Shown one piece after another: positions 13,301-26,600 of a stretch of DNA of 64,000 bases. Below the pieces are notes generated by a model, which saw only the letters and a program-made list of their open reading frames with translations, was not told the origin of the DNA and made no database searches. A program made the position numbers and the translations under genes. Positions within the stretch are counted from its first letter, which is position 1; each line of letters begins with the position of its first letter. Location of the stretch: the NCBI GenBank assembly GCA_040954595.2, contig CM082582.2, positions 434,001 through 498,000 of the forward strand. Direction: 5' to 3'. Source of the stretch: Balanoglossus misakiensis (taxonomy: Eukaryota; Animalia; Hemichordata).

Positions 13301-16300
13301 TTTTTTGTAATTTTCAAAAAATTACCATTTTGACCGAATTGTGGCTAAAATTGTTATTTTCGTGTTGAATGCCGCCAGTGTCATTGCTTTTAAAAGTCAT
13401 AAAAAATTTTAACATACAAGCAATTGTTTATATATGATAAGGTCACCGAATTAAAAAAATAAAGAATGTTTTGACTAAAAATGACCTTTTTGGTGCAAAA
13501 ACGAATAAAACGCAATTTTGTATTAAATCAGCTCATTCAGAGTGCATTTTTATAATCAGCACCATTTTTACATATAATGGAAATTTCATACATCATCAGA
13601 TATCCAAATATGAAAAGATGATTTACATTTTAGATGATTGTCAAAAATTAGCTGATATCTGATAAATGTAGTATTGAACCGTTCTGTTCCCCCCCCCCCC
13701 CTACATTATATGCGGTACGCTGATGTCAGCTTACCCGGCAGTACTGCAGGCCGTGCCCCAACCTAACGTCGGTGTTTCAAACGCCCTGGTTATATTCGGG
13801 CTTTCTCTATAAATTGACAGGCAATAATGCAGTCCTACCGGAACAAATGTCGAGTGTTGACCCGCTGTGACTTTCCCTGTTCGGTTTGCCCGACTTAGCC
13901 AACGTCTTTGTACTAGAGTGTCGGGTCTTTTGCAGAGCCAGGCCGAAGGAAATCCGACTTGATCACCGTTGCTAACGAACGCTAGTGTCTGTCATGGTGT
14001 GCCGGGGTTTTGGTCGAGCCAGGCCGTAGGAGATCTGACTTGATCATCGTGGTCAAGGTACGCGTGTTTCCGCTCTAAAGGGCCGGGGCTTCAGCTAAAC
14101 CAGGCCGTAGGAAATCCGACGTAATCACCGTTGATAACTTACGCCAGTCTGTGTCATATAGAGCCGATGCACCAGCCGAGTCACGCCGTAGGACATCTTA
14201 CTTGATCAACGTGGTCAATGTACGCCTGTTTCTGCTCTAGAGTGCCGGGGCTTCAGCTGAGCCAGGCCGTGGGAAACCCGACGTGATTACCGTTGTTAAC
14301 TTACGCCAGTTTGTGTCCTATATATAGTGCCGGGGCATCAGCCGTGCCAGGCCGAAGGAAATGTGAGTAGATCAACGTGGTCTCTGTACGCGTGTTTCTG
14401 CTCTAGAGTGCCAGGGCTTTAGCCAAGCCATGCCGTAGGAAATCTGACTTGATCACCGTTGCTAACGTACGCTAGTGTCTGTCATATTGTGACGGAGATT
14501 TAGCCGAGCCAGGCCGTAGAAAAATCGACTTGTTCAACGTTACCAGTGTGCAACTGTTTCTGCTCTAGAGTGTCAGGGTTTTAGCCGACTTATGCTGTAG
14601 GAAATCTGAGTTGATGAATGGGAATTCAATGTTAGAAAACCCGTGTGGAAAGTATCTCTACCCGTTTGAAACTAAGAAAAGAATTTATTCTTATTTATTT
14701 TGTAAAAAAGACAATTTTTCGAAAAAAAGTCGAAAAATTGCAATTTTGTCTTGGGTCATTCAAATTATACCGCCTTTTCTGGAATTTGCAGCACTTTTTA
14801 CAAGAGAACGACACTTCATGCTCCATAATATTTCCGAAAATGAAGAAAAGAGTTAATTTTTTATGATTTTTCAAAAAATTACCATTTTTGTCAAAATATG
14901 GCCAAAATGGCTATTTTTCTTGAATTCCGTCAATATCTCTGCATTTTTGGAGTGGTCGAGAGTTTTAACATACAATCAACATGTCATATATGATCAGGGC
15001 ACCAAATTCGAAGAACAAAGGTTTTTTTATTTTTTTTTCTAAAAATGACATTTTCAAGGAAAATTTGGTAAAACGCAATTTTGTCTGCAGTGAGCCAAAT
15101 TAGACGGTCTTTTGTGGAATTTGTATCGATATATACATACGAAGAGCATTCTATACTCCATCAGATTTCCGAAAATGTAGAAAACAGGTATTTTTTGTAA
15201 TTTTCAAAAATTTACCATTTTGACCAAATTGTGGCTAAAATTGTTATTTTCGTGATGAATGCCGCCAGTGTCACTGCTTTTAAAAGTCATAAAAACGTTT
15301 AACATACAAGCAATTGTTTATATATGATCAGGTCACCGAATTAAAAAAATAAAGAATGTTTTGCCTAAAAATGACCTTTTTGGTGCAAAAACGAATAAAA
15401 CGCAATCTTGTATTAAATCAGTTCATTCAGAGTGCATGTTTTATAATAAGCACCAATTTTACATATAATGGAAATTTCATACATCATCAGATATCCAAAT
15501 ATGAAAAAATGATTTAGATTTTAGATGATTGTCCAAAATTAGCTGATATCTAATAAATGTAGTATTGAACCGTTCTGCCCCCCCCCCCCCCCTTACATTA
15601 TATGCGGTACGCCGATGTCAGCTTACCCGGCAGTACTGTAGGCCGTGCCCCCAACAAACGTCGGTGTTTGAAACGCCCTGGTTAAATTCGGGCTCTCTCT
15701 ATAAATCGACAGGCAATAATGCAGTCCTACCGGAACAAATGTCAAGTGTTGAACCGCTGTGACTTTCCCTGTTCGGTTTGCCCGACTTAGCCAACGTCTT
15801 TGTACTAGAGTGTCGGGTCTTTTGCAGAGCCAGGCCGAAGGAAATCCGACTTGATCACCGTTGCTAACGAACGCTAGTGTCTGTCATGGTGTGCCGGGGT
15901 TTTAGTCGAGCCAGGCCGTAGGAGATCTGACTTGATCATCGTGGTCAATGTACGCGTGTTTCCGCTCTAAAGTGCCGGGGCTTCAGCTAAACCAGGACGT
16001 AGGAAATCCGACGTAATCACCGTTGATAACTTACGCCAGTCTGTGTCATATAGAGCCGGTGCACCAGCCGAGTCACGCCGTAGGAAATCTGACTTGATCA
16101 ACGTGGTCAATGTACGCCTGTTTCTGCTCTAGAGTGCCGGGGCTTCAGCTGAGCCAGGCCGTAGGAAACCCGACGTGATTACCGTTGTTAACTTACGCCA
16201 GTCTGTGTCCTATATATAGTGCCGGGGCATCAGCCGTGCCAGGCCGAAGGAAATGTGAGTAGATCAACGTGGTCTCTGTACGCGTGTTTCTGCTCTAGAG

Positions 16301-19300
16301 TGTCAGGGCTTTAGCAAAGCCATGCCGTAGGAAATCTGACTTGATCAACGTTGCTAACGAACGCTAGTGTCTGTCATAGTGTGCCGGGGTTTTAGTCGAG
16401 CCAAGCCGTAGGAGATCAGACTTGATCAACGTGGTCTCTGTACGCGTGTTTCTGCTCTAGAGTGCCGGGGCTTTATCCAACCCATGCCGTTGAAAATCTG
16501 ACTTGATCACCGTTGCTAACGTACGCTAGTGTCTGTCATATTGTGACGAGATTTAGCCGAGCCAGGCCGTAGAAAAATCGACTTGTTCAACGTTACCAGT
16601 GTGCAACTGTTTCTGCTCTAGAGTGTCAGGGTTTTAGCCGACTTGTGCTGTAGGAAATCTGAGTTGATGAACGGGAATTCAATGTTAGAAAACCCGTGTG
16701 TAAAGTATCTCTACCCGTTTGAAACTAAGAAAAGAATTTATTCTTATTTATTTTGTAAAACAAGACAATTTTTCGAAAAAAAGTCGAAAATGGTAATTTT
16801 GTCTTGGGTCATTCAAATTATACCGCCTTTTCTGGAATTTGCAGCACTTTTTACAAGAGAACGACACTTCATGCTCCATAATATTTCCGAAAATGAAGAA
16901 AAGAGTTAATTTTTTATGATTTTTTAAAAAATTACCATTTTTGTCAAAATATGGCCAAAATTGCTATTTTTTCTTGAATTCCGTCAATATCTCTGCATTT
17001 TTGGAGTGGTCGAAAGTTTTAACATACAATCAACATGTCATATATGATCAGGTCACCGAATTAAAAATATAAAGAATGTTTTGCCTAAAAATGACCTTTT
17101 TGGTGCAAAAACGAATAAAACGCAATCTTGTATTAAATCAGTTCATTCAGAGTGCATGTTTTATAATAAGCACCATTTTTACATATAATGGAAATTTCAT
17201 ACATCATCAGATATCCAAATATGAAAAAATGATTTAGATTTTAGATGATTGTCCAAAATTAGCTGATATCTAATAAATGTAGTATTCAACCGTTCTGTCC
17301 CCCCCCCCCCCCTACATTATATGCGGTACGCCGATGTCAGCTTACCCGGCAGTACTGCAGGCCGTGCCCCCAAATAACGTCGGTGTTTGAAACGCCCTGG
17401 TTAAATTCGGGCTTTCTCTATAAATTGACAGGCAATAATGCAGTCCTACCCGAACAAATGTCGAGTGTTGACCCGCTGTGACTTTCCCTCTTCGGTTTGC
17501 CCGACTTAGCCAACGTCTTTGTACTAATGTGTCGGGTCTTTTGCAGAGCCAGGCCGAAGGAAATCCGACTTGATCACCGTTGCTAACGAACGCTAGTGTC
17601 TGTCATGGTGTGCCGGGGTTTTAGTCGAGCCAGGCCGTAGGAGATCTGACTTGATCATCGCGGTCAATGTACGCGTGTTTCCGCTCTAAAGTGCCGGGGC
17701 TTCAGCTAAACCATGCCGTAGGAAATCCGGCGTAATCACCGTTGATAACTCACGCCAGTCTGTGTCATATAGAGCCGGTGCACCAGCCGAGTCACGCCGT
17801 AGGAAATCTGACTTGATCAACGTGGTCAATGTACGCCTGTTTCTGCTCTAAAGTGCCGGGGCTTTAGCTAAACCATGCCGTAGGAAATCCGACGTAATCA
17901 CCGTTGATAACTTACGCCAGTCTGTGTCATATAGAGCCGGTGCACCAGCCGAGTCACGCCGTAGGAAATCTGACTTGATCAACGTGGTCAATGTACGCCT
18001 GTTTCTGCTCTAGAGTGCCGGGGCTTCAGCTGAGCCAGGCCGTAGGAAACCCGACGTGATTACCGTTGTTAACTTACGCCAGTCTGTGTCCTATATATAG
18101 TGCCGGGGCATCAGCCGTGCCAGGCCGAAGGAAATGTGAGTAGATCAACGTGGTCTCTGTACGCGTGTTTCTGGTCTAGAGTGTCAGGGCTTTAGCAAAG
18201 CCATGCCGTAGGAAATCTGACTTGATCAACGTTGCTAACGAACGCTAGTGTCTGTCATAGTGTGCCGGGGTTTTAGTCGAGCCAAGCCGTAGGAGATCAG
18301 ACTTGATCAACGTGGTCTCTGTACGCGTGTTTCTGCTCTAGAGTGCCGGGGCTTTATCCAACCCATGCCGTTGAAAATCTGACTTGATCACCGTTGCTAA
18401 CGTACGCTAGTGTCTGTCATATTGTGACGAGATTTAGCCGAGCCAGGCCGTAGAAAAATCGACTTGTTCAACGTTACCAGTGTGCAACTGTTTCTGCTCT
18501 AGAGTGTCAGGGTTTTAGCCGACTTGTGCTGTAGGAAATCTGAGTTGATGAACGGGAATTCAATGTTAGAAAACCTGTGTGTAAAGTATCTCTACCCGTT
18601 TGAAACTAAGAAAAGAATTTATTCTTATTTATTTTGTAAAACAAGACAATTTTTCGAAAAAAAGTCGAAAATGGTAATTTTGTCTTGGGTCATTCAAATT
18701 ATACCGCCTTTTCTGGAATTTGCAGCACTTTTTACAAGAGAACGACACTTCATGCTCCATAATATTTCCGAAAATGAAGAAAAGAGTTAATGTTTTATGA
18801 TTTTTTAAAAAATTACCATTTTTGTCAAAATATGGCCAAAATGGCTATTTTTTCTTGAATTCCGTCAATATCTCTGCATTTTTGGAGTGGTCGAAAGTTT
18901 TAACATACAATCAACATGTCATATATGATCAGGGCACCAAATTCGAAGAACAAAGTTTTTTTTTGTTTTTTTTCTAAAAATGACATTTTCAAGGAACATT
19001 TGGTAAAACGTAATTTTGTCTGCAGTGAGCCAAATTAGATTGTCTTTTGTGGAATTTGTATCGATATATACATACGAAGAGCATTCTATACTCCATCAGA
19101 TTTCCGAAAATGTAGAAAACAGGTATTTTTTGTAATTTTCAAAAATTTACCATTTTGACCAAATTATGGCTAAAATTGTTATTTTCGTGTTGAATGCCGC
19201 CAGTGTCACTGCTTTTAAAAGTCATAAAAACTTTTAACATACAAGCAATTGTTTATATATGATCAGGTCACCGAATTAAAAAAAATAAAGAATGTTTGGC

Positions 19301-20462
19301 CTAAAAATGACCTTTTTGGTGCAAAAACGAATAAAACGCAATTTTGTATTAAATAACCTCATTCAGAGTGCATTTTTTTATAATCAGCACCATTTTTACA
19401 TATAATGGAAATTTCATACATCACCAGATATCCAAATATGAAAAAATGATTTAGATTTTAGATGATTGTCCAAAATTAGCTGATATCTAATAAATGTAGT
19501 ATTGAACCGTTCTGTTCCCCCCCTCCCCTACATTATATGCGGTACGCCGATGTCAGCTTACCCGGCAGTACTGCAGGCCGTGCCCCCACCTAACGTCGGT
19601 GTTTGAAACGCCCTGGTTAAATTCGGGCTTTCTCTATAAATTGACAGGCAATAATGCAGTCCTACCCGAACAAATGTCGAGTGTTGACACGCTGTGACTT
19701 TCCCTCTTCGGTTTGCCCGACTTAGCCGACGTCTTTGTACTAGAGTGTCGGGTCTTTTGCAGAGTCAGGCCGAAGGAAATCCGACTTGATCACCGTTGCT
19801 AACGAACGCTAGTGTCTGTCATGGTGTTCCGGGGTTTTAGTCGAGCCAGGCCGTAGGAGATCTGACTTGATCATCGTGGTCAATGTACGCGTGTTTCCGC
19901 TCTAAAGTGCCGGGGCTTCAGCTAAACCAGGCCGTAGGAAATCCGACGTAATCACCGTTGATAACTTACGCCAGTCTGTGTCATATAGAGCCGGTGCACC
20001 AGCCGAGTCACGCCGTAGGAAATCTGACTTGATCAACGTGGTCAATGTACGCCTGTTTCTGCTCTAGAGTGCCGGGGCTTCAGCTGAGCCAGGCCGTAGG
20101 AAACCCGACGTGATTACAGTTGTTAACTTACGCCAGTCTGTGTCCTATATATAGTGCCGGGGCATCAGCCGTGCCAGGCCGAAGGAAATGTGAGTAGATC
20201 AACGTGGTCTCTGTACGCGTGTTTCTGCTCTAGAGTGTCAGGGCTTTAGCAAAGCCATGCCGTAGGAAATCTGACTTGATCAACGTTGCTAGCGAACGCT
20301 AGTGTCTGTCATAGTGTGCCGGGGTTTTAGTCGAGCCAAGCCGTAGGAGATCAGACTTGATCAACGTGGTCTCTGTACGCGTGTTTCTGCTCTTGAGTGC
20401 CGGGGCTTTATCCAAGCCATGCCGTAGAAAATCTGACTTGATCAACGTTGCTAACGAACGCT

Positions 20463-20652
20463 CAATATTTTTAAGCGTAATTTGAAAACATACCTTTTTA
20501 CTCGGTTTTATGTGTAACGTGTTCGATTGTGTCCTTTTAACTATTTTTACCAGCCTTGTATTTTTTAATCTACTGTTTTAGCTGTGCACAATGCGCTGAG
20601 ACGTATGTGTAGCGCATTTTAAACAATTCTTAATAATAATAATAATAATAAT
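20463..20652 (+). mobile_element. 5'-truncated L2/CR1-group LINE fragment (ORF2 C-terminus, 3' UTR, (TAA)n tail)
   Basis: Interrupts the satellite with TSD aacgct (20457-20462 and 20653-20658). From 20461 it reads LNIFKRNLKTYLFTRFYV*, matching the FKxxLKTxLF C-terminal motif of L2/CR1-group ORF2. A 3' stem-loop aatgcgct (20590-20597)/agcgcatt (20611-20618) precedes (TAA)8 at 20631-20654. Confidence 0.85.
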
Positions 20653-23600
20653 AACGCTAGTGTCTGTCATAGTGTGCCGGGGTTTTAGTCGAGCCAAGCC
20701 GTAGGAGATCAGACTTCATCAACGTGGTCTCTGTACGCGTGTTTCTGCTCTAGAGTGCCGGGGCTTTATCCAAGCCATGGCGTAAAAAATCTGACTTGAT
20801 CACCGTTGCTAACGCACGCTAGTGTCTGTCATATTGTGACGGAGATTTAGCCGAGCCAGGCCGTAGAAAAATCGACTTGTTCAACGTTACCAGTGTGCAA
20901 CTGTTTCTGCTCTAGAGTGTCAGGGTTTTAGCTGACTTATGCTGTAGGAAATCTGAGTTGATGAACGGGAATTCAATGTTAGAAAACCCGTGTGGAAAGT
21001 ATCTCTTCCCGTTTGAAACTAAGAAAAGAATTTATTCTTATTTATTTTGTTAAAAAGACAATTTTTCGAAAAAAAGTCGAAAATGGTAATTTTGTCTTGG
21101 GTGATTCAAATTATACCACCTTTTCTGGAATTAGCAGCACTTTTTACAAGAGAACGACACTTCATGCTCCATAATATTTCCGAAAATGAAGAAAATAGTT
21201 AATGTTTTATGATTTTTTAAAAATTTACCATTTTTGTCAAAATATGGCCAAAATGGCTATTTTTTCTTGAATTCCGTCAATATCTCTGCATTTTTGGAGT
21301 GGTCGAAAGTTTTAACATACAATCAACATGTCATATATGATCAGGGCACCACATTTGAAGAACAAAGGTTTTTTATTTTTTTTTCTAAAAATGACATTTT
21401 AAAGGAAAATTTGGTAAAACGCAATTTTGTCTGCAGTGAGCCAAATTAGACGGTCTTTTGTGGAATTTGTATCGATATATACATACGAAGAGCATTCTAT
21501 ACTCCATCAGATTTCCAAAAATGTAGAAAACAGGTATTTTTTGTAATTTTCAAAAATTTACCATTTTGACCAAATTGTGGCTAAAATTGTTATTTTCGTG
21601 TTGAATGCCGCCAGTGTCACTGCTTTTAAAAGTCATAAAACTTTTAACATACAAGCAATTGTTTATATATGATCAGGTCACCGAATTAAAAAAATAAAGA
21701 ATGTTTTGCCTAAAAATGACCTTTTTGGTGCAAAAACGAATAAAACGCAATCTTGTATTAAATCAGTTCATTCAGAGTGCATGTTTTATAATAAGCACCA
21801 ATTTTACATATAATGGAAATTTCATACATCATCAGATATCCAAATATGAAAAAATGATTTAGATTTTAGATGATTGTCCAAAATTAGCTGATATCTAATA
21901 AATGTAGTATTGAACCGTTCTGCCCCCCCCCCCTTACATTATATGCGGTACGCCGATGTCAGCTTACCCGGCAGTACTGTAGGCCGTGCCCCCAACAAAC
22001 GTCGGTGTTTGAAACGCCCTGGTTAAATTCCGGCTCTCTCTATAAATCGACAGGCAATAATGCAGTCCTACCGGAACAAATGTCAAGTGTTGAACCGCTG
22101 TGACTTTCCCTGTTCGGTTTGCCCGACTTAGCCAACGTCTTTGTACTAGAGTGTCGGGTCTTTTGCAGAGCCAGGCCGAAGGAAATCTGACTTGATCACC
22201 GTTGCTAACGAACGCTAGTGTCTGTCATGGTGTGCCGGGGTTTTAGTCGAGCCAGGCCGTAGGAGATCTGACTTGATCATCGTGGTCAATGTACGCGTGT
22301 TTCCGCTCTAAAGTGCCGGGGCTTCAGCTAAACCAGGCCGTAGGAAATCCGACGTAATCACCGTTGATAACTTACGCCAGTCTGTGTCATATATATAGTG
22401 CCGGGGCATCAGCCGTGCCAGGCCGAAGGAAATGTGAGTAGATCAACGTGGTCTCTGTACGCGTGTTTCTGCTCTAGAGTGACGGGGCTTTATCCAAGCC
22501 ATGCCGTAGAAAATCTGACTTGATCACCATTGCTAACGAACGCTAGTGTCTGTCATAGTGTGCCGGGGTTTTAGTCTAGCCAAGCCGTAGGAGATCAGAC
22601 TTGATCAACGTGGTCTCTGTACGCGTGTTTCTGCTCTAGAGTGCCGGGGCTTTAACCAAGCCATGCCGTAGAAAATCTGACTTGATCACCGTTGCTAACG
22701 TACGCTAGTGTCTGTCATATTGTGACGGAGATTTAGCCGAGCCAGGTCGTAGAAAAATCGACTTGTTCAACGTTACCAGTGTGCAACTGTTTCTGCTCTA
22801 GAGTGTCAGGGTTTTAGCCGACTTATGCTGTAGGAAATCTGAGTTGATGAACGGGAATTCAATGTTAGAAAACCCGTATGGAAAGTATCTCTACCCGTTT
22901 GAAACTAAGAAAAGAATTTATTCTTATTTATTTTGTAAAAAAAGACAATTTTTCGAAAAAAAGTTGAAAATGGTAATTTTGTCTTGGGTGATTCAAATTA
23001 TACCGCCTTTTCTGGAATTTGCAGCACTTTTTGCAAGAGAACGACACTTCATGCTCCATAATATTTCCGAAAATGAAGAAAAGAGTTAATTTTTTATGAT
23101 TTTTCAAAAATTTACCATTTTTGTCAAAATATGGCCAAAATGGCTATTTTTCTTGAATTCCGTCAATATCTCTGCATTTTTGGAGTGGTCGAGAGTTTTA
23201 ACATACAATCAACATGTCATATATGATCAGGGCACCAAATTCGAAGTACAAAGGTTTTTTTATTTTTTTTTCTAAAAATGACATTTTCAAGGAAAATTTG
23301 GTAAAACGCAATTTTGTCTGCAGTGAGCCAAATTAGACGGTCTTTTGTGGAATTTGTATCGATATATACATACGAAGAGCATTCTATACTCCATCAGATT
23401 TCCGAAAATGTAGAAAACAGGTATTTTTTGTAATTTTCAAAAATTTACCATTTTGACCAAATTGTGGCTAAAATTGTTATTTTCGTGTTGAATGCCGCCA
23501 GTGTCACTGCTTTTAAAAGTCATAAAAACTTTTAACATACAAGCAATTGTTTATATATGATCAGGTCACCGAATTAAAAATATAAAGAATGTTTTGCCTA

Positions 23601-26600
23601 AAAATGACCTTTTTGGTGCAAAAACGAATAAAACGCAATCTTGTATTAAATCAGTTCATTCAGAGTGCATGTTTTATAATAAGCACCATTTTTACATATA
23701 ATGGAAATTTCATACATCATCAGATATCCAAATATGAAAAAATGATTTAGATTTTAGATGATTGTCCAAAATTAGCTGATATCTAATAAATGTAGTATTC
23801 AACCGTTCTGTCCCCCCCCCCCCTACATTATATGCGGTACGCCGATGTCAGCTTACCCGGCAGTACTGCAGGCCGTGCCCCCAAATAACGTCGGTGTTTG
23901 AAACGCCCTGGTTAAATTCGGGCTTTCTCTATAAATTGACAGGCAATAATGCAGTCCTACCCGAACAAATGTCGAGTGTTGACCCGCTGTGACTTTCCCT
24001 CTTCGGTTTGCCCGACTTAGCCAACGTCTTTGTACTAATGTGTCGGGTCTTTTGCAGAGCCAGGCCGAAGGAAATCCGACTTGATCACCGTTGCTAACGA
24101 ACGCTAGTGTCTGTCATGGTGTGCCGGGGTTTTAGTCGAGCCAGGCCGTAGGAGATCTGACTTGATCATCGCGGTCAATGTACGCGTGTTTCCGCTCTAA
24201 AGTGCCGGGGCTTCAGCTAAACCATGCCGTAGGAAATCCGGCGTAATCACCGTTGATAACTCACGCCAGTCTGTGTCATATAGAGCCGGTGCACCAGCCG
24301 AGTCACGCCGTAGGAAATCTGACTTGATCAACGTGGTCAATGTACGCCTGTTTCTGCTCTAAAGTGCCGGGGCTTTAGCTAAACCATGCCGTAGGAAATC
24401 CGACGTAATCACCGTTGATAACTTACGCCAGTCTGTGTCATATAGAGCCGGTGCACCAGCCGAGTCACGCCGTAGGAAATCTGACTTGATCAACGTGGTC
24501 AATGTACGCCTGTTTCTGCTCTAGAGTGCCGGGGCTTCAGCTGAGCCAGGCCGTAGGAAACCCGACGTGATTACCGTTGTTAACTTACGCCAGTCTGTGT
24601 CCTATATATAGTGCCGGGGCATCAGCCGTGCCAGGCCGAAGGAAATGTGAGTAGATCAACGAGGTCTCTGTACGCGTGTTTCTGCTCTAGAGTGTCAGGG
24701 CTTTAGCAAAGCCATGCCGTAGGAAATCTGACTTGATCAACGTTGCTAACGAACGCTAGTGTCTGTCATATTGTGACGAGATTTAGCCGAGCCAGGCCGT
24801 AGAAAAATCGACTTGTTCAACGTTATCAGTGTGCAACTGTTTCTGCTCTATAGTGTCAGGGTTTTAGCCGACTTATGCTGTAGGAAATCTGAGTTGATGA
24901 ACGGGAATTCAATGTTAAAAAACCCGTGTGGAAAGTATCTCTACCCGTTTGAAACTAAGAAAAGAATTTATTCTTATTTATTTTTTAAAAAAGACAATTT
25001 TTCGAAAACAAGTCGAAAATGGTAATTTTGTCTTGGGTGATTCAAATTATACCACATTTTCTGGAATTTGCAGCACTTTTTACAAGAGAACGACACTTCA
25101 TGCTCCATAATATTTCCGAAAATGAAGAAAAGAGTTTATTTTTTATGATTTTTTAAAAATGTACCATTTTGTCAAAATATGACCAAAATGGCTATTTTTT
25201 CTTGAATTCCGTCAATATCTCTGCATTTTTGGAGTGGTGGAAAGTTTTAACACACAATCAACATGTCATATATGATCAGGGCACCAAATTCGAAGAACGA
25301 AGGTTTTTTTATTTTATTTTTCTAAAAATGACATTTTCACGGAAAATTTGGTAAAACGCAATTTCGTCTGCAGTAAGCCAAATTAGACGGTCTTTTGTGG
25401 AATTTGTATCGATATATATATACGAAGAGCATTCTATACTCCATCAGATTTCCGAAAATGTAGAGAACAGGTACTTTTTGTAATTTTCAAAAATTTACCA
25501 TTTTGACCAAATTGTGGTTAAAATTGTTATTTTCGTGTTGAATGCCGCCAGTGTCACTGCTTTTAAAAGTCATAAAAACTTTTAACATGCAAGCAATTGC
25601 TTATATATGATCAGGCCACCGAATTAAAAAAATAAAGAATGTTTTGCCTAAAAATGACCTTTTTGGTGCAAAAACGAATAAAACGCAATTTTTGTATTAA
25701 ATCAGCTCATTCAGAGTGCATTTTTTATAATCAGCACCATTTTTACATATATTGGAAATTTCATACATCATCAGATATCCAAATATGAAAAAATGATTTA
25801 GATTTTAGATGATTGTCCAAAATTAGCTGATATCTAATAAATGTAGTATTGAACCGTTCTGTCCCCCCCCTACATTATATGCGGTACGCCGATGTCAGCT
25901 TACCCGGCAGTACTGCAGGCCGTGCCCCCAAATAACGTCGGTGTTTGAAACGCCCTGGTTAAATTCGGGCTTTCTCTATAAATTGACAGGCAATAATGCA
26001 GTCCTACCCGAACAAATGTCGAGTGTTGACCCGCTGTGACTTTCCCTCTTCGGTTTGCCCGACTTAGCCAACGCCTCTGTACTAATGTGTCGGGTCTTTT
26101 GCAGAGCCAGGCCGAAGGAAATCCGACTTGATCACCGTTGCTAACGAACGCTAGTGTCTGTCATGGTGTGCCGGGGTTTTAGTCGAGCCAGGCCGTAGGA
26201 GATCTGACTTGATCATCGTGGTCAATGTACGCGTGTTTCCGCTCTGAAGTGCTGGGGCTTCAGCTAAACCATGCCGTAGGAAATCCGACGTAATCACCGT
26301 TGATAACTTACGCCAGTCTGTGTCATATAGAGCCGGTGCACCAGCCGAGTCACGCCGTAGGAAATCTGACTTGATCAACGTGGTCAATGTACGCCTGTTT
26401 CTGCTCTAGAGTGCCGGGGCTTCAGCTGAGCCAGGCCGTAGGAAACCCGACGTGATTACCGTTGTTAACTTACGCCAGTCTGTGTCCTATATATAGTGCC
26501 GGGGCATCAGCCGTGCCAGGCCGAAGGAAATGTGAGTAGATCAACGTGGTCTCTGTACGCGTGTTTCTGCTCTAGAGTGCCGGGGCTTTATCCAAGCCAT

